From contig JBEGOG010000034.1 of assembly GCA_041182125.1 (NCBI GenBank), forward strand, positions 1 to 26,579: DNA of 26,579 bases, written 5' to 3'. Position numbers and translations under genes: made by a program. Source of the DNA: Pseudomonadota bacterium. Lineage in GTDB: Bacteria; Pseudomonadota; Alphaproteobacteria; Caulobacterales; Caulobacteraceae. Positions within the stretch are counted from its first letter, which is position 1. Each line of letters opens with the position of its first letter. This document shows, piece by piece, positions 8,641-17,373 of the stretch. The notes under the pieces are model-generated. The model was given only the letters and a program-made list of their open reading frames with translations. It ran no database searches and was not told the origin of the DNA.

Positions 8641-9330
8641 TCAGCGCCGGGTCTTCGCCGATCCTGGCGCGAGGCTGCGAGGGTCGACCAAGACAAACAG
8701 GGCAGGGTCTAGGCCTGAGGCAGCGGAAAACTGTTCCAAATCAATGCGGGTGGTCTGTCCTTGAGCATCGGTGACGGTCCAAGACTTCAGGGCCACGGGG
8801 CTTGATGAGAAGGTCAAAACAATGCGTCCCTCCGCCTCCTTGCGGCCATCCCGGGCCGTAATGGCAAAGCTATCGGCGCTGCGGGTCACCCGGTCGATGA
8901 TCACACCGCGATCAAGGCGGATTTCTCGAGCCAAAAGCAGGGCTAAGGGCGTGGTGCCCAAGGGATAGCGGTCAAAGGTCTTTAGCCGACTGTCCGCGAT
9001 GGAGACATTGAAACCATCGGACACGACGAGCAGCCCCAGCGGCGGGTCATAGGCAAAGCGCATCTTGCCGGGCCGCTTGAGGTAAAGGTCGCCCCGGCTC
9101 TTGGTGCCAAAGGGATCGGTTTGAACAAACCGGCCTCGGGCCTGTCCCAGCGATTGCAGATAGGCGCTGGCCTTTGCGACCAGGGCCTTGTCGTCTGCCG
9201 ATAGGGCCACCGCGCTCGACCGGACTGGCTGAGCGGAAGCGACGGCGGGCGCGCCAAGACATAGGAGCGCAATCAGGCTCACGATCCGGATGGAGCGGCT
9301 CATTGGGCGGTGGGGCGATTGGGTCATCAT
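8641..9330 (-). CDS. lolA: Outer membrane lipoprotein carrier protein LolA
   Basis: Signal peptide, GRFVQT, YLKRPGKMRFAY, VSDG motifs; downstream of ftsK as is conserved. Exact start (9330/9327/9303) uncertain. Confidence 0.88.
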   Translation of the reverse strand: MMTQSPHRPMSRSIRIVSLIALLCLGAPAVASAQPVRSSAVALSADDKALVAKASAYLQSLGQARGRFVQTDPFGTKSRGDLYLKRPGKMRFAYDPPLGLLVVSDGFNVSIADSRLKTFDRYPLGTTPLALLLAREIRLDRGVIIDRVTRSADSFAITARDGRKEAEGRIVLTFSSSPVALKSWTVTDAQGQTTRIDLEQFSAASGLDPALFVLVDPRSLAPGSAKTRR

Positions 9331-9402
9331 GGCCTATCCTCTAACCAGAATGACCCTAACTGCCAATCCGGGCGAGGATATGACCAAAGGTCTAAACCCG
9401 CC

Positions 9403-11759
9403 TTACGGAGGCGGGCCAGCCAAAATATCGCGTTTCCCGGCATGGTTGGCCGCGCCCACCACGCCTTCGCGCTCCATCTTTTCCATTAAGGATGCCGCCC
9501 GGTTATAACCGATCTGCAGGCGGCGCTGGATATAGCTGGTCGAGGCCTTGCGGTCGCGGGTGACCACAGCGACGGCCCGATCATAGAGATCATCGCCGGA
9601 CATGCTGCCTTCGCCGCCTCCGTCGCCGTCACCGCCATCCTCGTCATCGCTGGCGGTGACCTCTTCGAGATATTGCGGCTGGCCTTGACTGCGCAGAAAG
9701 GCCGCGACCGTCTCAACTTCTCCGTCAGAGACAAAGGGCCCGTGAAGGCGCGTGATCCGTCCGCCCCCGGCCATATAGAGCATGTCGCCCTGGCCCAGCA
9801 GTTGCTCGGCACCCTGCTCGCCCATGATCGTGCGGCTGTCGATCTTGGAGGTGACCTGAAAGCTGATCCGGGTGGGGAAGTTGGCCTTGATGGTGCCGGT
9901 AATGACATCGACCGAGGGGCGCTGGGTGGGTGGATACCCGCAGCCCGCGCCATCTGGGCCAGACGCTGAACGGCACCTTCAATGTCCTTGCCCGCCACCA
10001 TCATCAGGTCCGCGACCTCGTCAATGACCACGACCAGATAGGGCATGGGATCGGGGCGCAGCTTTTCTTCTTCATAGACGGGTCGTCCAGCCTCATCGAA
10101 GCCGGTCTGGACGGTGCGCACAAAGTGCTCGCCCTTGGCCAGCGCCTCATTGGCCTTCTCATTGAAGCCGCCAATATTGCGCACGCCGATCTTGGACATG
10201 CGCCGATAGCGGTCCTCCATCTCGCGCACGGTCCATTTGAGCGCGACAATGGCCTTCTTCGGATCGGTCACGACCGGGGCCAAAAGATGTGGAATACCGT
10301 CATAGACCGACAGCTCGAGCATCTTTGGGTCGATCATGATGAATTTGCATTTGTCCGGCGGCAACCGGTAGAGGATCGACAGGATCATAGCATTGACCCC
10401 GACCGACTTACCCGAGCCGGTGGTGCCTGCGATCAACAGGTGGGGCATCTTGGACATGTCGGCAATATAGGGCTCGCCGCCAATGGTCTCGCCCAGCGCC
10501 ATGGGCAGGATCTGGCTCGATTTCTCATATTCGCTCGAGGCCAAAAGATCGCGCAGATAGACGGTCTCCCGATGAGAGTTGGGTAGCTCGATACCAATGG
10601 CGTTGCGCCCTTGAACCACTGCAACCCGGCAGGCTCTGGCACTCATCGAGCGGGCAATATCATCAGACAGGGCCACGACGCGGGCATGTTTGACGCCCGG
10701 TGCGGGGACCAACTCATAGAGCGTGACAACGGGACCAGGACGGATCTGGTCGATCTGGCCCTTAACACCAAACTCGGCCAACACACTTTCCAGCATCCGA
10801 GCATTTTGGCGCAAGGAGCCCTCGTCAAAGGCCGAGGATCTGGGCTTGGGCTTGGCCAACATGGCTAGTTCCGGCAATTGGAACCCACCGGGCTGAACGA
10901 AGTCAAAGGCCTTTTGGTTTTCGCGTTGCTCGCGGTTGGAGGTCTTCGGGGCCTTAATGTTGAGCACCTGAGGCGCGGCCTCTGGCGGCGCATCCAACTC
11001 ATCATCGAGGTTGACCGCCAACCCCTCATCAAGCGCGGCGGCGGACCTGGCGCGTGCCGGCCGCGTCGCACGCGGCTTAGGCGTGGCGAGGACCTTCGTG
11101 GCCGGTTGCTCAGCGCGGCGACGGGCCTGTTCAGCGAGACTGGAGCGCAAGGTCAGAACCGCTCGGCCAACCATATCCTTTGTAATCCCCGAGCCAAAGC
11201 CAAGAGCGGTGATGGCACCGACGCTTAACAGCACAGCCGCTATGATCCTGCCGCCAGGGACATGGATCAGACCAAACAGGTTTCCCAGATGGTGCAAAAG
11301 GCTTTCGCCCCAGAAGCCGCCCAAACCACTGGCAAGGGGCCAAGAGGCGGGTGTTGGCGCGGCCGCGAGGATGCCCGCCAAGGCAAGCGCCCCAATCAGG
11401 CCCACGAGGGAGCGAAGGCGAATGATACCTCGGGTCTCGTCAGGCTCACGCGCGCCGACGCGCCAGAGCCCGGCTGCGACCATCAACAGCGCCCCCGCCC
11501 ATGCGGCGAGACCGAGGGACTGAATGGCGGCGTCGGCAATGCCTGCGCCTAATGTACCCAAAAGGTTGGTCGGCGCGCCCCCTGTGGCCGCATTAAAGCT
11601 CGGATCGGAGGCATTATAGGAGGCAAAGGCAAGGATCAGGGCGAGGCCCAAGGCCATCGTCATGCCGCCCCGAAACCGCGCAGTCAGCGGATGGCTCCAG
11701 CCAAACCTTAGGCCCATAGCAATCAATTGCAGATTGGACCTTTGCGCCACCCGCGCCAT
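9403..11759 (-). pseudogene. ftsK: DNA translocase FtsK, frameshifted as assembled by a ~10-bp deletion at 9929/9930
   Basis: N-terminal TM domain, alpha domain (GPVVTLYE), Walker A GTTGSGKS, IDPKMLEL, Walker B VVIDEVADLM in one frame. [23 protein letters not shown] and the gamma domain ([14 protein letters not shown]) continue in another frame to TAA at 9403. Start ATG 11759 with upstream GGAG. Confidence 0.93.
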
Positions 11760-11803
11760 ATATCGCACTCCACCCAGACAAACTCGCTGTCCATTAGGGC
11801 CTG

Positions 11804-11835
11804 ATTTTACGACAAGAGGGTTAAGGCCTGTTTAC
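11804..11835 (-). promoter_or_regulatory. CtrA-box-like site and -10 element upstream of ftsK
   Basis: Minus strand reads GTAA-ACAGGCC-TTAACC-CTCTTGTCG-TAAAAT; matches TTAA-N7-TTAA(C) at 7/8 positions. Confidence 0.55.
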
Positions 11836-11922
11836 CATGACCTTGCCGCCCGGCCGATTGATCAACCTCGCTGCGTCAAATCCCCTCTGGACGAAGGCCC
11901 GTAACGAACGACATAAGCAACC

Positions 11923-13200
11923 ATGACCCTTAAAGAGCCCGCTTCCGTTCAGACAGGTTTCGATGCGGACGTGATCATCGTCGGTGCCGGAATGGCAGGC
12001 ATGACCCTCGCGCTGGCACTGGATAGTGGCGGCTTGCGTCCACTATTGATCGATCCCCAGACCTTCGACGCCCATTTGGCTCCTGAGTTTGACGGTCGCG
12101 CGTCCGCGATTGCCTATTCGAGCTTTAGGCTGTGGAAAGCGCTTGGCGTTGGTGATGCCCTGGCTCAGCAGGCACAAAATATTGAGCAGATTCTGGTGAC
12201 AGATGGGCGTGCGCCCGGTGCGGCCAACGGCGCGCCCAGCCCGTTCCTGCTGCGTTTTGATTCTGCCGAGATCGCCGACCGCTCGGACGGTGAGCCCCTC
12301 GGCTACATGTTGGAGAACCGCTCCATACGTGCCGCGCTCGCCCAAGCGGTTATCGAGGCGGCTATTCCTGTTTTGGCCCCTGTATCGGTGGTGTCGGCAA
12401 GCGCCGATAGCTCGGCGGCGCAGGTAACGCTCAGCGATGGTCGCGTTCTTCGTGCGCCGCTTGTGGTTGGCGCTGAGGGTCGTCACTCGATCATACGCCA
12501 AGCCGCTAAGATTGGCACTGTAGGGTGGGACTACCAACAGTCCGGCGTGGTCGCCACCGTGGCTATGGCCAAGCCCCATGAGGGTGTGGCCCATGAATAT
12601 TTTCTGCCCTCAGGTCCTTTCGCAATCCTGCCCCTGACGGGCAATCGCGCCAGCCTGGTCTGGACCGAAAAGACCGACCGGGCCGAGGCCTTGCGGGGTG
12701 CCAGACCCGAAGTGTTTGAGGCCCATCTGCGTCGACGCTTTGGTGATTTTTTGGGGGAGATCGAGGTCTTGGGGCCCCGCTTTGTCTATCCCCTGTCGCT
12801 GCAGTTGGCGGAATCCATGGCCGCGCCACGGCTGGTCTTGATGGGCGATGCTGCCCATGGGATTCACCCAATCGCCGGTCAAGGGCTCAATCTGAGCCTC
12901 AAGGACGCAGCGGCCTTGGCTGAGGTTCTGACCGACGCGACCCGCTTGGGCGAAGATATTGGCTCATTGGTGGTCTTAGAGCGCTATGCGGCTTGGCGAC
13001 GGTTCGACAATGTCATGCTGGCGGCGGCGACGGACCTCTTTGTTCGTCTCTTTTCGAACGACAATCCGATGCTGCGATTTGCGCGAGGCGCGGGGATGGC
13101 GGTGGTCAACCTCATTGGCCCGGCCCGCAAGTTCTTTATGCAAGAGGCGGGCGGCGCCGTCGGCGATCTACCCAAGCTCTTGCGCGGCGAGCCGCTCTAG
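11923..13200 (+). CDS. FAD-dependent ubiquinone biosynthesis hydroxylase (UbiH/UbiL/VisC/COQ6 family)
   Basis: GAGMAG FAD motif, LVVGAEG, GPFAILP, LMGDAAHGIHPIAGQGLNL. Confidence 0.92.
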   Translation: MTLKEPASVQTGFDADVIIVGAGMAGMTLALALDSGGLRPLLIDPQTFDAHLAPEFDGRASAIAYSSFRLWKALGVGDALAQQAQNIEQILVTDGRAPGAANGAPSPFLLRFDSAEIADRSDGEPLGYMLENRSIRAALAQAVIEAAIPVLAPVSVVSASADSSAAQVTLSDGRVLRAPLVVGAEGRHSIIRQAAKIGTVGWDYQQSGVVATVAMAKPHEGVAHEYFLPSGPFAILPLTGNRASLVWTEKTDRAEALRGARPEVFEAHLRRRFGDFLGEIEVLGPRFVYPLSLQLAESMAAPRLVLMGDAAHGIHPIAGQGLNLSLKDAAALAEVLTDATRLGEDIGSLVVLERYAAWRRFDNVMLAAATDLFVRLFSNDNPMLRFARGAGMAVVNLIGPARKFFMQEAGGAVGDLPKLLRGEPL

Positions 13201-13556
13201 GGATTGCGGCTCAGGCCCTCAACGGCGAGGCGTTTCAGATAGTCCGTCCAGATCCGGTCTTGGTTGCGGCCCAAATCATAAAGCTGATCCCAGGTGTAGA
13301 GCCCCGACTGGTGGCCGTCTGAAAATTCCAATCGCACCGCATAGCGACCGATAGGCGTCAGGTTGATAATGCCGATATCCGCCTTGCCAAAAACGGTTTT
13401 GCCCGGTCCTGATCCATGGCCGCGATCAGCTGCGCTCTGTGTCATAACCCTTAAGAGCTCCGCGCCAATGCGGTGCTGCTCACCTGTATCATAGGTGACT
13501 TGAAGCTGACCTTCACGGCGCAGCAGGGTCAGGTCGGTGGGCCAGGGGGTGGTCAT
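13197..13556 (-). CDS. DUF971 / gamma-butyrobetaine hydroxylase-like N-terminal domain protein
   Basis: [38 protein letters not shown] motif. Confidence 0.88.
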   Translation of the reverse strand: MTTPWPTDLTLLRREGQLQVTYDTGEQHRIGAELLRVMTQSAADRGHGSGPGKTVFGKADIGIINLTPIGRYAVRLEFSDGHQSGLYTWDQLYDLGRNQDRIWTDYLKRLAVEGLSRNP

Positions 13557-13756
13557 TCGCCCTCGTCGAGGGTCCGGGCCTCTTCGGCGAGCATGACCGG
13601 GACACCATCGCGGATCGGATAGGCAAGCTGCGCCTTGCGGCTGATCAGCTCCCCCTTCTGACGATCATAGTCGAGCGGACCATGGCTGATCGGACAGACC
13701 AAGACCTCGAGCAGGCGCGGATCAACATCATTTTGCAGTGAGGGCGTGGGCGTCAT
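13553..13756 (-). CDS. Trm112-family protein (YcaR-like)
   Basis: [15 protein letters not shown]...ELIS....[17 protein letters not shown]. Confidence 0.92.
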   Translation of the reverse strand: MTPTPSLQNDVDPRLLEVLVCPISHGPLDYDRQKGELISRKAQLAYPIRDGVPVMLAEEARTLDEGE

Positions 13757-13764
13757 GGCGGATC

Positions 13765-14433
13765 CTATTGCAGGGGTGTCGGGGCGTCGTCTTCCCCCTT
13801 GGGCTCGGCGGCATTGATTTGCATGAGGGCGATCAGGACCTCAAGGCGGTCTGAAGCGCTCGGGGCCTCGAGCAGCGCCTGACGTTCAACCGGCGAAAAG
13901 GGAAGGGCTGCGGCAAGGCTCGTAACCAAGGGCTCAGAGGGCGCATTTTCAGCGCCCTTCCAGTCAATCTCCAGCCCATGATGGTCTAGAAAGGCCTTCA
14001 ACACTGTCAGAAATCGAGGGCGATCAAAGCTGGCCTGATCATCAAGATCCCTTAGGTCCCCGCCAAAATCTGTGTAGTCGGCTTGGACCTGACGATAGGG
14101 CGTCATCACCGTAAGCTCAGTATCGATTTTGAAGCGGCAAAGCCCGGTGAGGGTAATCAGATAGCGCCCATCGGGTGTCTCTGAAAAACTCGTAATGCGG
14201 CCCAAGCACCCCACCTTAGCGAGGTTGGGTTGTGAGCGATCACCACCCGGCACGGTCTGGATCATGCCAATGACCCGATCACCCATCATCGCATCGTCGA
14301 TCATATTGAGATAGCGCGGCTCAAAAATATTTAGCGGCAGTTGGCTGTGGGGCAGCATCAGGGCCCCGCTCAGCGGAAAGACCGGAATGGTCGCCGGTAG
14401 GTCGGAAAGCTGCCTAAATTTGCCGCTCGTCAT
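13765..14433 (-). CDS. LON peptidase substrate-binding domain protein (stand-alone)
   Basis: IPVFPL...[40 protein letters not shown]; start trimmed to ATG 14433. Confidence 0.9.
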   Translation of the reverse strand: MTSGKFRQLSDLPATIPVFPLSGALMLPHSQLPLNIFEPRYLNMIDDAMMGDRVIGMIQTVPGGDRSQPNLAKVGCLGRITSFSETPDGRYLITLTGLCRFKIDTELTVMTPYRQVQADYTDFGGDLRDLDDQASFDRPRFLTVLKAFLDHHGLEIDWKGAENAPSEPLVTSLAAALPFSPVERQALLEAPSASDRLEVLIALMQINAAEPKGEDDAPTPLQ

Positions 14434-14446
14434 CGGTTCGCTCCGG

Positions 14447-15355
14447 TCACGAAAACAGAATGGAGGACAGCCGCCGCCGACCCTGTTTGGCCACATCGGA
14501 CATTGGCCCGGCGGCCTCAAATACGGTAAGCAGTTGCTTGCGAGCGGCATCATCATTCCATGCCCGCTCTCGCTCAATGATCATCAGCAATTGATCTGCA
14601 GCAGCGGAAAGCTGTCCTTGCGCGGCCAGAGCATTGGCCAAGGCAAATCGGGCCTCATGGTCATTGGGATTGGCTGCGATCTGCTCCTCAAGACCCGAGG
14701 TTTCCGATTTTGGCGCGGAGGCAAGGGCGAGCGCCGCCTTAACACTGTCGAGACTGGCATCCTTGGCCCCAGCCGGGACCATGGCGATCAGTTCAGCTGT
14801 GCGCTCAAGGTCGCCGGTCTGGAGATAGCAGCGGGCGAGACCGGCTAAGGCCTTAACATTTTCGGGATCGATCTCGAGCGCTTGCGCAAAGGCTTGCCCA
14901 GCGCCTGCAAGGTCCTGCTCCGCGAGAAAGGCTGCCCCTTCGGCCAGCAATTCATCAATGTCGGACGGGGCGGCGGGACCTGCGAGCTTTTCGATAAAGG
15001 CCTTCAATTGGCTGTCTGGCACCGCGCCCATAAAGCCATCGACCGGTTGGCCATTCACAAAGGCATAGACCGCAGGAATAGACTGGACGCGCAGCTGGCC
15101 AGCATAGGCGGGGTTCTTATCGACATCGATCTTGACCAACTTCACCGCGCCCTTAGCGGCGATGACGGCCTTTTCGATGGCGGGGGTCAAGGTTTTGCAC
15201 GGACCGCACCAGGTTGCCCAGAAGTCCACTATGACCGGCTGAACCTTGGAGGCCTCAATGACGTCCACCATAAAGCTGGCGTCTGTACCATCCTTAATCA
15301 GGCCGTCGGCCGCGCCGTTAGGCGTGGCGGGGGAGGCGGGTGTCAGTCCCAGCAT
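14447..15355 (-). CDS. cnoX: Thioredoxin-TPR co-chaperone (chaperedoxin CnoX/YbbN)
   Basis: VDFWATWCGPCK thioredoxin domain, then TPR repeats and ARKQLL..FEA.G...GRRRLSSILFS C-terminus; start ATG 15355. Confidence 0.9.
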   Translation of the reverse strand: MLGLTPASPATPNGAADGLIKDGTDASFMVDVIEASKVQPVIVDFWATWCGPCKTLTPAIEKAVIAAKGAVKLVKIDVDKNPAYAGQLRVQSIPAVYAFVNGQPVDGFMGAVPDSQLKAFIEKLAGPAAPSDIDELLAEGAAFLAEQDLAGAGQAFAQALEIDPENVKALAGLARCYLQTGDLERTAELIAMVPAGAKDASLDSVKAALALASAPKSETSGLEEQIAANPNDHEARFALANALAAQGQLSAAADQLLMIIERERAWNDDAARKQLLTVFEAAGPMSDVAKQGRRRLSSILFS

Positions 15356-15395
15356 GGTCCGTCCTTGTCGTCGTTCGTCGATGGGTGAGACCTTA

Positions 15396-15424
15396 AGATG
15401 GTCTCGGTGCGCGGCCAGTGCAAT
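15396..15424 (-). promoter_or_regulatory. Possible RpoH (sigma32)-type promoter for cnoX
   Basis: Minus strand ATTGCA-N16-ACCATCT versus the alphaproteobacterial consensus CTTGAA-N15/16-CC(T/C)ATNT; a GAGACC-N7-GGTCTC inverted repeat (15387-15405) overlaps the -10. Confidence 0.35.
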
Positions 15425-15447
15425 GTCAGCGATCAAGCAAAGCCCGA

Positions 15448-15951
15448 TCAAACCGCCATTTCAAGATCAACGACCATCGGCTCGTGGTTCACCGCCTTGA
15501 GGAACGTCATCAGACCTTCGGTTGAAAGCCCCGTGGTCGCGCCATTGTGCAGCGGATGAAAATTGACCGGCTCCTTCGCCGCCAAAGCGCTATCGAGCAC
15601 GAACCGCACGCGGCCTTCTTTATCATTCATCAGGGCCAGCGCTGTGACTGAACCTGGCCGAACACCCAAGACCTCAAGAAGCAGCGCTTCTGAGCCAAAG
15701 GATAGCCGTCCTGACCCGATGGCCTTTGGCAGGGCCTTGAGGTTAATCTGGGTACTGTCCAGCGCCGAGATCAGCCAGATCTGACCCTTGTGGTCCTTCA
15801 AGAACAGATTCTTGCTGTGGCCACCGGGCAGGGCGGCCTTGATGTGGGCACCCTCCTCAACCCGAAAGACGGGCTCATGGTCAAAGGTGGTGTGGGTGAT
15901 GCCGAGCCCATCAAGCAGTGCGAAGAGATCTTGGGGGGAAGCTTGGGTCAT
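15448..15951 (-). CDS. YbaK/ProX-family aminoacyl-tRNA editing protein (ProXp-ala-like)
   Basis: [52 protein letters not shown]. Confidence 0.9.
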   Translation of the reverse strand: MTQASPQDLFALLDGLGITHTTFDHEPVFRVEEGAHIKAALPGGHSKNLFLKDHKGQIWLISALDSTQINLKALPKAIGSGRLSFGSEALLLEVLGVRPGSVTALALMNDKEGRVRFVLDSALAAKEPVNFHPLHNGATTGLSTEGLMTFLKAVNHEPMVVDLEMAV

Positions 15952-16075
15952 AATGTTGATTTAGGGCGGCGGGGGCCGATGCTCAAGACCGATTAGTGCT
16001 TGGCACTGGACGATGGCCTATCGGCCCGGTTAGTCAGTGACCTTGCCCCGATCTGCGCCATGAGAGGCTCACCCG

Positions 16076-16819
16076 ATGGATCTAGAGTGCTTCCCCACCA
16101 TGAGCCGCCCGCCCGAGATCGTGCCGGGACGGCCGAACCGGGATTGGATGGACGCCTTCTCCGAGCGTCACCCCTATCGCTGCCTGCCCCTGACCATGGC
16201 CAATACCAGTGGATGGGAAATTCTTAACCCCGTTGGCTTTACGGCCGAGTGGAATGGCGGCCCCCACAAAGGTGACATCACCTTTCGGCCTGACACGCCC
16301 TATGTCGGCTTCAATGAGTTTGTGGTGTCGCACTTTACCCAAGGCATTATGACCTTCCATCCGGGCTATATGTTCCGCACGCCCCTGAAGTGGTCGATGA
16401 TGGTTCAAGGTCCGCCGAACCTGATCAAGGATGGGATCCAAGCGCTGTCGGGTCTGGTTGAGACCGATTGGCTGCCCTTTCCCTTCACCATGAACTGGGC
16501 CTTTACGCGTCCCGGTAAGGTACGGTTTGAACGCGGGGAGCCCTTTTGCTTCTTTACGCTCGTCCAGGATAAGGCCTTGGAGGCTTTTGAGCCGGTCATT
16601 CGGTCCTTTGACTCGGAGCCGGTCTTGCGCGGGCAATATGAGGCGTGGAACCGCGAGCGGACCGATTTCAACAAGCGCCTGGCTAAGCAAGATCCGGCAG
16701 CGGTCAAGGAGGCTTGGCAGAGATACTATTTCAAGGGGGAAATCCCTGATGATCTAGGAACCGCACCGGCTGACCACGTCAATCGCCGCCGTCTTGCCCC
16801 GACCCGAGTGAAGCTCTGA
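16076..16819 (+). CDS. DUF6065 family protein
   Basis: RDWMD....HPYRCLPLTMAN.SGWEIL.P, LSGLVETDWLPFPFTMNW.FTRPG.V.FERGEPFCF motifs as recalled for DUF6065. Confidence 0.78.
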   Translation: MDLECFPTMSRPPEIVPGRPNRDWMDAFSERHPYRCLPLTMANTSGWEILNPVGFTAEWNGGPHKGDITFRPDTPYVGFNEFVVSHFTQGIMTFHPGYMFRTPLKWSMMVQGPPNLIKDGIQALSGLVETDWLPFPFTMNWAFTRPGKVRFERGEPFCFFTLVQDKALEAFEPVIRSFDSEPVLRGQYEAWNRERTDFNKRLAKQDPAAVKEAWQRYYFKGEIPDDLGTAPADHVNRRRLAPTRVKL

Positions 16820-16860
16820 ACCACCGAGACAAACTTCCGCTCACAAGGGTGAGAAGGGCC

Positions 16861-16889
16861 TTGCAAAGCCTTAGCCCCTCTGTCATAAG
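16861..16889 (+). promoter_or_regulatory. Putative tRNA promoter TTGCAA-N17-CATAAG
   Basis: 17-nt spacer, followed by a GC-rich discriminator-like CCCGCCC, ~30 nt before the tRNA. Confidence 0.55.
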
Positions 16890-16925
16890 CCCGCCCTCGA
16901 CGCGGACATTTTGGTGTCCTGGAGC

Positions 16926-17000
16926 GCGGGCGTAGCTCAGTGGTAGAGCACAACCTTGCCAAGGTTGGGGTCGAGAGTTCGAATCTCTTCGCCCGCTCCA
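16926..17000 (+). tRNA. tRNA-Gly (GCC)
   Basis: Acceptor stem GCGGGCG/CGCCCGC, D arm AGCTCAGTGGTAGAGC, anticodon arm CAACC-TTGCCAA-GGTTG, T arm GTTCGAATC, encoded CCA; 75 nt. Confidence 0.98.
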
Positions 17001-17373
17001 ATGTCGATCTTCTTATAGGGTAAAGTAGAGGCCTTCGGGCCGAACCGGCCAAGGCAAGCCTGGCCGTGCGGCCCATGACCTCTGTGCCTTTTGCAAAAAA
17101 ATCATAGGGACATGCCAATTTGAGGCATGGGCTTAGACCCTTTACCTCAAGGTGTGTCCCCCGCGCCGCAGGCCCCGTGCGCCACAACAACGCATTGAAT
17201 ATATTAAATTTGTTGTCGAAATTTGACTAATTTGTGACACAAACCCCATAAATCACAATAAAATTTACCGATCCCCAAATTTTGGTCAATTGCTGACAGC
17301 AAACCCCGCGAACACGGTTTAAAGTCATTTCGATAACCTTTGGGCGAACCAAAGGATCCAAACGGGGAACAAG

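Noticed and set aside
9403-9825. 140-aa ORF as a separate FtsK-gamma gene or a programmed frameshift product
   Set aside because: It is the in-register continuation of ftsK, and residues of a conserved motif are physically missing, which recoding cannot supply.
15990-16010. AGTGC-TTG-GCACT palindrome as a CIRCE element
   Set aside because: Does not match TTAGCACTC-N9-GAGTGCTAA in sequence, orientation or spacing.
16726-17190. 154-aa minus-strand ORF
   Set aside because: Antisense read-through of tRNA-Gly (ERAKRFELSTPTLARLCSTTELRP is the typical translated-tRNA artefact).
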